Assembly: GCF_965208475.1 (NCBI RefSeq)
Contig: NZ_OZ242338.1
Coordinates: forward strand, 449,452 to 513,451
Source: Candidatus Poriferisocius sp.
GTDB lineage: Bacteria > Actinomycetota > Acidimicrobiia > Acidimicrobiales > Bin134
Length of the DNA: 64,000 nucleotides
Reading direction: 5' to 3'
Both the position numbers and the translations under genes were made by a program. Positions 50,418 to 58,505 of this stretch are shown piece after piece (the stretch's first letter is position 1; the number at the start of each line of letters is the position of its first letter). Below the pieces are notes generated by a model, which saw nothing but the letters and a program-made list of their open reading frames with translations, searched no databases and had not been told where the DNA came from.

Positions 50418-51753
50418 AAACCACTATGTGGTCGCGGCCTCGGAGCTCGCTGCGGCCTCGGCCGATCTGGGCCTTGCCGTCGCGCACGTATGCGCCGATG
50501 AGTACGTCTTTGGGCAAGCCCATTTCCTTGACCTCCGCGCCGTCGGCCGGGGAGCCCTGCTTCACTTCTGCTTCGATGATCTCGAAGTCGCCCGACAGGT
50601 AGGTGGCCACCTGGGCCACCTCGCCCCGCACATAGCGCAGCACGCCGTTGGCGCTGGCCGTGCGGGGCGATAGGGCCACGTCGATCCCCACATCCCGCAA
50701 CAGCGTGCGCAGTGCCAGGTTGTGGAGCACGGCGATGGTTTCGCTGGCCCCCATCGACTTGGCGTACAGGCAGGCCAAGATATTGGCGTCGTCCTTGCCG
50801 GTGAGGGCGATAACCGCGTCGAAGCTGCCGACGCCCTCAGACTCCAGGAGCTCGGCGTCGGTGATGTCGCCGTGGATAACCAGGACGCCGTCCAAGTCTT
50901 CGCTGAGCTCTTGGGCCCGCTCCAGACTGCGCTCGATGAGAACCACCTCGGCGTGGCGCTCCGCCAGGCGACGGCCCACGATCTCCGCCGTCCGACCCCC
51001 GCCCAGAAGCATCACCCGGCGGTGGGTGCCCGGCGCCAGGCCCAGCAGCGGGAGCAGTGTGCGCCGGGCTCGCCGCTTGCAAACCACCCGCAGAAGGTCG
51101 CCGGGCGTCAAGGTGGTGTCGGCCCGGGGTATCTGGGTCTCGCCCTTGCGGGTGAGCACCGCCACCAGGAAATTCCAGTCAGGCTCGTATTCCTCGGCGA
51201 TGTCGGCCAGCCGGCGGTTGGCCCAGGGCGCGTCGGCGGTGAGCTTGGCCCCCACCACCACCACCTCGCCCTCGGCCATCACGGTCACGTCGGTAGCCCC
51301 CGGATACGACAACAGGTCCAAAATCTCGTGGGCAGTCTCCTCGTCGGGGTCGATGATGGTGTCGGCCTGCATTGCCTCCCGCAGCTCCTGGGCATCCTTC
51401 TCCCGCAGGTTGCGGGCCTGGATGCGGGCGATGGTGCGCTCCACCCCGTGCTGCTTGGCCAGCAAGCAGGCCACCAGGTTCACCTCGTCGTGGGCGGTGA
51501 CGGCCACCAGCAGGTCGGCCTTGCGGATGCCCGCCTCGCGGAGAATGTGGGGGTGGGTGCCGCTCCCCTCGACAGCCAACACGTCCAGTTCTTCAGCCAA
51601 GTTGTGCAGTTTCTTGGCGTTTACCTCCACCACCGACACCGTGTTTCCCGCCTCGCTCAGTATCTGAGCGACGTAGGAGCCCACTTCGCCGGCACCCACT
51701 ACCACTATGCGCACTGCTTCATCCTTGCTGAAAATCCGGGTGGGTGCGAGCAA
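50371..51753 (-). CDS. trkA: Trk system K+ uptake protein TrkA (two tandem RCK units)
   Basis: Two Rossmann motifs (VVGAGEVG; LLGGGRTA), each followed by a TrkA_C domain. 460 aa. Confidence 0.92.
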   Translation of the reverse strand: MLAPTRIFSKDEAVRIVVVGAGEVGSYVAQILSEAGNTVSVVEVNAKKLHNLAEELDVLAVEGSGTHPHILREAGIRKADLLVAVTAHDEVNLVACLLAKQHGVERTIARIQARNLREKDAQELREAMQADTIIDPDEETAHEILDLLSYPGATDVTVMAEGEVVVVGAKLTADAPWANRRLADIAEEYEPDWNFLVAVLTRKGETQIPRADTTLTPGDLLRVVCKRRARRTLLPLLGLAPGTHRRVMLLGGGRTAEIVGRRLAERHAEVVLIERSLERAQELSEDLDGVLVIHGDITDAELLESEGVGSFDAVIALTGKDDANILACLYAKSMGASETIAVLHNLALRTLLRDVGIDVALSPRTASANGVLRYVRGEVAQVATYLSGDFEIIEAEVKQGSPADGAEVKEMGLPKDVLIGAYVRDGKAQIGRGRSELRGRDHIVVFARPDTVDEVKRFFG

Positions 51754-51846
51754 TCCCGACGGTCGAGGGCTTCGCCGACCATTAAATCCGGGACTGGCGG
51801 GGCATCAGGAGCAGTGTTGCTGACTCCACTTGTGCTTCGCCGACCA

Positions 51847-52452
51847 TCAAATCCGGGATCGGCGAGACAGAGCAGAGCTGAACACCCTCACCCGTTGCTC
51901 GGTGACCACCGCGTCCATGGTCACGTCGCCGGGATGGGAAGGCACCGCATCCACCATCTGAGACTCGAAGGCCAGCCCCACTACCAGCGGTTTCGCCGGA
52001 CGGGGGCCGTTCAGCAAGAAGGCCAGCGCTCGGTCGTAATACCCCTGGCCCCGGCCGGCCCGGCGGCCGGCGGCGTCGAACACCACAAGCGGGGCCAGCA
52101 CCACATCCAACTCCCGGGCCGAGACCAGCTCATGGGCGCCGAGGGCGGGCTCGGGAATCCCATAGCGATTGTGCACCATGGGGGTGTCGGGGCCCGCGGG
52201 GGCGAACTGCATGGGAGCGGGGTCGCGCAGAACCGGCAAGTACACGTCTATTCCCCGAACGCGGCAGGCGGTTACCAGCGGCGCCGGGTCGAGTTCGCCG
52301 TCGTCGGTCACCGAGGCCGCCACCCGCTGCACACCGTCCAGCCAGCCAAGCGACGTCACCGCGTTGCACACCGCTCGCGCCGCACCCTGGGGATCGGGAA
52401 ACGAGCGCCGGGCCTCCCGGGCTTCAGTCCGCAACCGGCTGAGGCTGACCAC
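51847..52452 (-). CDS. 5-formyltetrahydrofolate cyclo-ligase
   Basis: C-terminal RAGRGQGYYDRAL signature and roughly 200 aa size. Confidence 0.8.
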   Translation of the reverse strand: MVSLSRLRTEAREARRSFPDPQGAARAVCNAVTSLGWLDGVQRVAASVTDDGELDPAPLVTACRVRGIDVYLPVLRDPAPMQFAPAGPDTPMVHNRYGIPEPALGAHELVSARELDVVLAPLVVFDAAGRRAGRGQGYYDRALAFLLNGPRPAKPLVVGLAFESQMVDAVPSHPGDVTMDAVVTEQRVRVFSSALSRRSRI

Positions 52453-52621
52453 CGATCCAGATTACCGCCAGTGCCGCGAAATCTGTCATCCCAAATGGCA
52501 ACCTTGGCAGGGCATATTGCCGATGGCTAACTTCGCCTAGTCAGCTCATACCGGGGCGGCGCCGATCGCGCCGTCTCAACACGGTGAAGGTTCCACCTCA
52601 CCAGACACACAGGGGGTCAAT

Positions 52622-54718
52622 GTGGACGCCGTTCCGTATCTTGCCGGACTGAGCGCGATCTTGGCGCTCGCACTCGCTTATCTCTTCTACAGGCTCGTGA
52701 AGTCCGCCCCGCCGGGCAACGACCGGATGGTCTATCTCATGAATGAGATCCAGGCCGGGGCCCGGGCCTTTCTCAAGCAGGAGTACACCTGGGTGGCCGG
52801 GTTTGTGGTGATAATGGCAATCCTCATTCCCGTGCTCACCGGGGTGGAGCTCACCTTCATCAGCTACATCCTGGGCGCGGTGCTCTCGGCCGGCGCCGGG
52901 TACGTGGGCATGACGGTGGCCACCATGGCCAACGCCCGCACCACCCAAGCCGCTACCGAGGGGCCGGCCAAAGCCCTGCCGCTGGCCTTCCGGGGCGGCG
53001 CGGTCATGGGCTTCTCCGTGGCCGGGCTGAGCCTTCTGGGCCTGGCCTTCACCTACCTGTTGTTTGTGGAGTGGCTCAGCGTGGACGACCCGTTTGAGAT
53101 ATTCACCGCCTTCGGACTGGGGGCCAGTTCCATTGCCCTGTTCTCCCGAGTGGGCGGCGGCATCTACACCAAGGCCGCCGACGTGGGCGCCGACCTGGTG
53201 GGCAAGGTCGAGGCCGGCATCCCCGAGGACGACCCCCGCAACCCGGCGACCATCGCCGACAACGTGGGCGACAACGTGGGCGACGTGGCCGGGATGGGCG
53301 CCGACCTGTTCGAGAGCTACAGCGGCTCGATCATCGCCCCCATCGCCCTTACTGCCTTTTCTTTCGCGGTGGCCGGGGGCGAGGCCACCGGCAGCGATAT
53401 CGGCCTGGCCCAGCTCATGTTCCCGCTGGCGGTGGCGTTTGTGGGGATGCTTGCCGCCATAATCGGCTCCTTCGCGGTGCGGGGCAGCGCCCGCGCCGAC
53501 GTGAAGAGCCTGTCGCGCCAGCTCCACATGGGCACCAACGTGGCCATGGGCCTCACCGTCGTCGGCACCATCTTGATCGGGCTGTGGTTCTTCACCGGAG
53601 ATGATTTCGACGGCTGGTGGGGCCTGCCCATTTCCGTAATCGGGGGACTGGCGGTGGGCTGGGCCATCGGCAAGGTGGCCGAGATCTGGACCAGCGATCA
53701 CTACGCCCCGGTCAAGAAGATCGCCCAGCAATCCGAGACCGGCCCGGCCACCACGGTGCTGTCGGGCATCAGCGCGGGCATGGTGTCGGTGGCCGCTTCG
53801 GTGATCCTCATCGGCGCCGGGGTGCTGGTGGCCTACTGGGGCGGCCAGCAGACGCTGGGCGACACCTCTGCCGCGGGCATCTACGGCATCGCGGTGGCCG
53901 CCATCGGCATGCTGGCCACCACCGGCGTGGTCGTTTCGGTGGACGCTTACGGCCCCATAGCCGACAATGCTGGCGGCATTGCCGAAATGGCCGAGCTCGA
54001 CCCCAAGGTGCGGGAGGTGACCGACGCCCTCGACTCGCTGGGCAACACCACCGCCGCCATCGCCAAGGGATTCGCGGTGGGCTCTGCGGCCCTGACCGCT
54101 CTGGCCCTGTTCAAGACCTTCGAAGTGGCCCTTCGGCTAGAGGATCCCAATTTCGTTCTTTCGCTGGATGTGGGTCAGGTGGACGTATTCATCGGCCTGT
54201 TCCTGGGGGCGATGCTTCCGTTCTTGTTCGCGGCCCTGACCATCGACGCGGTGGGCCGGGCGGCCAACAAGATGATCGAAGAGGTACGCCGCCAGTTCCG
54301 GGAGATTCCCGGCCTGAGAGAGGGCGCTGAAGGGGTCAACCCCGACTCGGCCCGTTGTGTGGCCATCTCCACCCAGGCCTCCCTGAGGGAGATGTTGGTG
54401 CCCGGCGCCTTGGCCGTGGCTGTGCCGCTCGTTATCGGTTTCATCGACGTGGACACGCTGGGCGGCTTTTTGGCCGGTGCTCTGGTGACTGGTTTCGCCC
54501 TGGCCATCTTCATGGCCAACGCCGGCGGCGCGTGGGACAACGCCAAGAAGTACATCGAGGCCGGCGCCCACGGCGGCAAGGGCTCGGAGCCCCACAAAGC
54601 TGCCGTGGTGGGCGACACCGTGGGCGACCCGTTCAAGGACACCTCCGGGCCGTCCATGAACATCCTCATCAAAGTCATGACCATCGTGTCGCTGGTGTTC
54701 GCCTCGGCATTCGTCTAG
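52622..54718 (+). CDS. hppA: Membrane-integral pyrophosphate-energised cation pump
   Basis: GGIYTKAADVGADLVGKVE, DNVGDNVGDVAGMGADLFES, GNTTAAIAKGFA and DTVGDPFKDTSGPS. The GNTTAA (not GNTTKA) form suggests the K+-dependent subtype, from memory of the family. Confidence 0.95.
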   Translation: MDAVPYLAGLSAILALALAYLFYRLVKSAPPGNDRMVYLMNEIQAGARAFLKQEYTWVAGFVVIMAILIPVLTGVELTFISYILGAVLSAGAGYVGMTVATMANARTTQAATEGPAKALPLAFRGGAVMGFSVAGLSLLGLAFTYLLFVEWLSVDDPFEIFTAFGLGASSIALFSRVGGGIYTKAADVGADLVGKVEAGIPEDDPRNPATIADNVGDNVGDVAGMGADLFESYSGSIIAPIALTAFSFAVAGGEATGSDIGLAQLMFPLAVAFVGMLAAIIGSFAVRGSARADVKSLSRQLHMGTNVAMGLTVVGTILIGLWFFTGDDFDGWWGLPISVIGGLAVGWAIGKVAEIWTSDHYAPVKKIAQQSETGPATTVLSGISAGMVSVAASVILIGAGVLVAYWGGQQTLGDTSAAGIYGIAVAAIGMLATTGVVVSVDAYGPIADNAGGIAEMAELDPKVREVTDALDSLGNTTAAIAKGFAVGSAALTALALFKTFEVALRLEDPNFVLSLDVGQVDVFIGLFLGAMLPFLFAALTIDAVGRAANKMIEEVRRQFREIPGLREGAEGVNPDSARCVAISTQASLREMLVPGALAVAVPLVIGFIDVDTLGGFLAGALVTGFALAIFMANAGGAWDNAKKYIEAGAHGGKGSEPHKAAVVGDTVGDPFKDTSGPSMNILIKVMTIVSLVFASAFV

Positions 54719-54784
54719 ACCCCGCGGCGCTTCGCCATTGCCACCACTAGGTCGCAGATGGTGTTTGCCTCGGCTTTCGTCTGA
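54694..54784. repeat. Imperfect 25-bp direct repeat (54694-54718 and 54760-54784) duplicating the hppA 3' end
   Basis: GGTGTTCGCCTCGGCATTCGTCTAG versus GGTGTTTGCCTCGGCTTTCGTCTGA, period 66. Confidence 0.9.
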
Positions 54785-54821
54785 TCCTCCTGCTGGCCGA
54801 GGGCCGTGGCAACATAAGACG

Positions 54822-55610
54822 ATGCCTATAGCCAAAGTCCGCGACCTCGACCTGTACTTCGAACTGCACGGTTCGGGGTCGCCGTTGCTCAACATCAGCG
54901 GCAGCGGGGGCGACCTGCGCATGACCGCCCCCGACCTGAACCCTCTCAATGGGGCCTTCACCGTGGCCCACTACGACCAGCGGGGCCTGGGCCAGACCTC
55001 CACGCCGCCGCTGCCGTGGACCATGGCCGACTACGCCGCCGACGCGGTTGGCTTTATGGACTTTCTGGGCTGGGACTCGGCGCCGGTGGTGGGCACCAGC
55101 TTCGGCGGGATGGTGGGCATGAACATGGCCGTGCTCCATCCGGGCCGTATCAGCAAACTGGTGCTCAACTGCACCTCGCCGGGCGGCCCCGACTACAGCT
55201 CATGGCCGCTGCACACCCTGGCCGATCTCGAACCCGACGAGCGAGCCGAGGTGGCGCTGGAGGTCATGGACACCCGCTATGAGCGGGGCGGACCGCTGCC
55301 CCCCGGCGTGGAGGCGTTCGTGACCACCGCCCGCCCCGACGGCCCCGCCCTGCCGCTCAACACCCCCGGCGCGCTCGGCCAGCTCGAGGCCCGCCGAGGC
55401 CACGACGTGGTCGACCGCCTCGGCGAGATAGACGTGCCCACGCTGGTGTGCGCCGGCATCCACGACGGCATCGCCCCTATGCGCAACAGCGAGCTCCTGC
55501 GCGACCGCATCCCCAACGCCCGCCTCGCCGCTTTCGACGGCGGCCACATCTTCATGGTGCAAGACCCCACCGCCTACCCCGCCATCTTGGATTTCCTCAC
55601 CGAAGACTGA
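54822..55610 (+). CDS. Alpha/beta hydrolase fold protein
   Basis: Start at ATG 54822 (MPIAKVRDLDLYFELHGSG). Nucleophile elbow GTSFGG and C-terminal GGH. Confidence 0.8.
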   Translation: MPIAKVRDLDLYFELHGSGSPLLNISGSGGDLRMTAPDLNPLNGAFTVAHYDQRGLGQTSTPPLPWTMADYAADAVGFMDFLGWDSAPVVGTSFGGMVGMNMAVLHPGRISKLVLNCTSPGGPDYSSWPLHTLADLEPDERAEVALEVMDTRYERGGPLPPGVEAFVTTARPDGPALPLNTPGALGQLEARRGHDVVDRLGEIDVPTLVCAGIHDGIAPMRNSELLRDRIPNARLAAFDGGHIFMVQDPTAYPAILDFLTED

Positions 55611-55638
55611 GAGCTTCGTTTCGCTCTACCGTGGTGGC

Positions 55639-56181
55639 GTGGACCGGGATCGGGCGCTCAAGACGCTGGGGCTGGAAAAGGGCGCTCACCCCGACGACAT
55701 CAACCGGGCCTACCGGGCGCTGATCCGCCAGGCCCACCCCGATGCCGGGGGCAGCACCACGGCGGCCGCCCGCATCACCGAGGCCTACCACTGGCTCCAG
55801 CGGGCTGGCACACCTCCGCCGGGCCCGTCCAAGTCGTCGCCACCCAAGCCGGATACGCCTGCCGAAGCGAATACCGACGATAGCCTGGTTCTTCACTTGC
55901 CAGCCGGAGATGTATTTGCCCGGTTGGTCGAAGCAGGCCACGACTTGGGCGAGGTCAGCTACATCGACCCCGCCGCAGGCATGGTCCAAGTCACGTTCAC
56001 CGCTGACAATGGAGTGGTGTGCCAATTGGCCGCCACCGTGCAGTCGACCTCAGTACCCGGCTCGCGCCAATTCGACACCCAGGTGGAGTTCACCCTCGAC
56101 CCGCTGGCCAGCGGGCAAGCACCCCCCATTGGGCGAGTCGTCGCCAGCTTGGTCCGCCTGGTCCGCGAGACGTCGATCTGA
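55639..56181 (+). CDS. J-domain (DnaJ-like) protein
   Basis: LGLEKGAHPDDINRAYRALIRQAHPDAGG carries the HPD tripeptide. The C-terminal domain is unassigned. Confidence 0.75.
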   Translation: MDRDRALKTLGLEKGAHPDDINRAYRALIRQAHPDAGGSTTAAARITEAYHWLQRAGTPPPGPSKSSPPKPDTPAEANTDDSLVLHLPAGDVFARLVEAGHDLGEVSYIDPAAGMVQVTFTADNGVVCQLAATVQSTSVPGSRQFDTQVEFTLDPLASGQAPPIGRVVASLVRLVRETSI

Positions 56182-56234
56182 GCCCAATCAACTCCAGCCA
56201 AACTGTCACTGACCGTTCATAGGGTAATTGGCCC

Positions 56235-56408
56235 ATGTCGGATGCACTCGTGTCACCCCGGCCCTGCGATGGCATCGCCTTCGTACTCGGCTCCGGCGAC
56301 CTCCAGGTGATGGGTGGCACCTGCCAGCACCGCTTTGAGCACGCCGTCCCCATGCTCTCCCGTCCCACTGCTCCCCGCCTAAGCCTCACCTTCCGCCACG
56401 ACGACTGA
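56235..56408 (+). CDS. Possible 57-aa ORF upstream of the helicase gene
   Basis: ATG..TGA ORF found by hand (below the track cutoff), ending 18 nt before the helicase ATG. It has no recognisable family and could be non-coding leader. Confidence 0.25.
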   Translation: MSDALVSPRPCDGIAFVLGSGDLQVMGGTCQHRFEHAVPMLSRPTAPRLSLTFRHDD

Positions 56409-56426
56409 CAGAGGGAGTCTCCGAAA

Positions 56427-58505
56427 ATGTCCAACCAGCAAGCAGAGAATTTTGCCGCTGAAGCCCAACTTTGCCTGCGAGCGCTGACGGCCAATCAGTC
56501 GTCTGCCTTTCGCCCCGGACAGTTGGAAGCCATTGAACAACTGGTCTTGCGGCGGAAAAGGGTGCTCTTGGTTCAGCGAACTGGTTGGGGAAAGAGCGCG
56601 GTCTATTTCATTGCCACTCGCCTCCTGCGAGACCGCGGCGCTGGCCCCACTCTGTTGGTATCTCCCCTGCTGGCGCTGATGCGGAACCAGATCGAGGCCG
56701 CACGGCGCATGGGAGTGCGGGCGGCAACCATCAATAGTTCAAACCAAGAGGAATGGGATGGGGTCTACGCCAAAATCGCTTCTGACCAGATCGATGTTCT
56801 TTTGATCTCGCCAGAACGGCTGGCCAACCGGGAATTCCGAAGTGCCCACCTACCATCGCTAACCCAGCGTGGCGGCCTGCTGGTGGTCGACGAAGTCCAC
56901 TGCATTTCCGACTGGGGACACGACTTTCGTCCCGACTACCGGCGGATCAAGGGAGTCTTAGACCTGCTCCCCCATGGAATTCCCGTGTTGGGCTGCACCG
57001 CGACGGCCAATAACCGGGTCGTGGACGACGTTGCCGAACAGCTTGGAACCGAATTGGTGCCCATTCGAGGGCCCCTTGGTCGTGATGGGTTGCAACTGCG
57101 TGTCTTTGCACCAGCCCCCCAGCAGAAGCGACTGGCGTGGCTGGCGGAGACGATCCCCAGGCTCCCCGGAACTGGCATCGTCTATTGCCTCACGGTCCGA
57201 GATGCCGAGCGAGTCGCTTCCTGGCTTATCTCCCAGGGGATTAACGCGGTCGCCTACACAGGAGGTTCAGACAATGACCACCGATTGGAAGCCGAACAGC
57301 AGCTCCTGAGCAACCAGAAGAAGGTCGTCGCGGCGACTTCCGCGCTAGGGATGGGATTCGACAAACCCGACCTATCATTCGTCATCCACTATCAGGCACC
57401 GGGCTCCCCCATCGCCTACTACCAGCAGGTAGGGCGGGCCGGGCGGGCGCTAGCCGAGTCGTGGGGCATCCTTCTCCAGGGTTACGAGGATGCTGATATT
57501 CAAAGCTTTTTTGTTAACACGGCGTTCCCTACCGCTGACCAGGCTCACAAGATTGTCGGCCTGCTCGAGCAAACGGCAGTGCCCATGAAGCTCTCTGATA
57601 TCGAGCGGGAGGTGAACATTCGGCGTTCGCGGCTTGAACGGCTCCTGAAGATCCTTGAAGTCGACAGTGCCATTGAGCGTGTCGACTCTGGCTGGCAGCG
57701 GACGCTTCAACCTTGGAGCTACGACAGCGAGCGGGTAGAGGCGGTAACTGCACTGCGGCGGGAAGAACAGGCACAGATGGCGGAATACGCGAGGGCTGAC
57801 CAGTGCCGAATGGAGCTGCTTAGGTCGTATTTGGACGACTCACAGGCTCATCCCTGTGGAATCTGCGACAACTGTCTTGCAGACCACAGAGAGCTCTCGG
57901 TGAGCACCCATGCAGTTCAGGCCGCAGTGGACTTTCTTCGAGGGACAGAACTTACGCTTGAGCCCCGAAAGCAGATCCCTGGCGATGGCAGGATTCCGAA
58001 AGACCACCTCTGCGAACCTGGGCGCGTGCTTGCCCTTTGGGGTGATGGTGGGTGGGGAGAGCTCATTCAAAGCGGCAAAGCCGAAGGACACTTTGACGAA
58101 GAACTGGTCGAGGCTTCAGCAGGCCTGATCAGCGAACGCTGGAGACCTGATCCCGCACCCACCTGGGTGACCTATGTTCCCTCCCTCAGACATCCCGAAC
58201 TTGTCCGAGGTTTCGCCCGACGCATCGCCCAGAAGCTGGCCATTCCGTGCCATGATGCGGTTGTCAAGATCCACGACACTCAGCCGCAGAAGCACATGCA
58301 GAACAGCGCCCAGCAATACGTAAACATCAAAGATGCTTTCAGGGTCGTCCCAGAGACCCCTCTTGGTCCCGTGCTGCTTGTGGACGACATTGTGGATTCC
58401 CGATGGACCTTCACCGTGATCACATCTCTGCTGCGAAGCGCCGGAATCGGACCGGTGTTTCCGTTCGCCATGGCCGATACGTCAGGAAGGTCTGCACGTG
58501 ACTGA
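56427..58505 (+). CDS. RecQ-like (RqlH-type) DNA helicase with tetracysteine Zn module and C-terminal ComF/phosphoribosyltransferase-like domain
   Basis: Motif I QRTGWGKS, motif II VVDEVHCISDWGHDFRPDY, motif VI YYQQVGRAGR. Zn module C..(x16)..CGICDNC. The C-terminal roughly 135 aa (VTYVPS...NIKDAFRV...VLLVDDIVDSRWT) have the ComF/PRTase layout. AGAGGGAG RBS upstream. Confidence 0.85.
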   Translation: MSNQQAENFAAEAQLCLRALTANQSSAFRPGQLEAIEQLVLRRKRVLLVQRTGWGKSAVYFIATRLLRDRGAGPTLLVSPLLALMRNQIEAARRMGVRAATINSSNQEEWDGVYAKIASDQIDVLLISPERLANREFRSAHLPSLTQRGGLLVVDEVHCISDWGHDFRPDYRRIKGVLDLLPHGIPVLGCTATANNRVVDDVAEQLGTELVPIRGPLGRDGLQLRVFAPAPQQKRLAWLAETIPRLPGTGIVYCLTVRDAERVASWLISQGINAVAYTGGSDNDHRLEAEQQLLSNQKKVVAATSALGMGFDKPDLSFVIHYQAPGSPIAYYQQVGRAGRALAESWGILLQGYEDADIQSFFVNTAFPTADQAHKIVGLLEQTAVPMKLSDIEREVNIRRSRLERLLKILEVDSAIERVDSGWQRTLQPWSYDSERVEAVTALRREEQAQMAEYARADQCRMELLRSYLDDSQAHPCGICDNCLADHRELSVSTHAVQAAVDFLRGTELTLEPRKQIPGDGRIPKDHLCEPGRVLALWGDGGWGELIQSGKAEGHFDEELVEASAGLISERWRPDPAPTWVTYVPSLRHPELVRGFARRIAQKLAIPCHDAVVKIHDTQPQKHMQNSAQQYVNIKDAFRVVPETPLGPVLLVDDIVDSRWTFTVITSLLRSAGIGPVFPFAMADTSGRSARD

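Noticed and set aside
52485-52515. Sigma-54-type promoter (TGGCAACCTTGGCAGG) upstream of hppA.
   Set aside because: The GG/GC spacing does not fit the -24/-12 consensus, and sigma-54 is generally absent from Actinomycetota.
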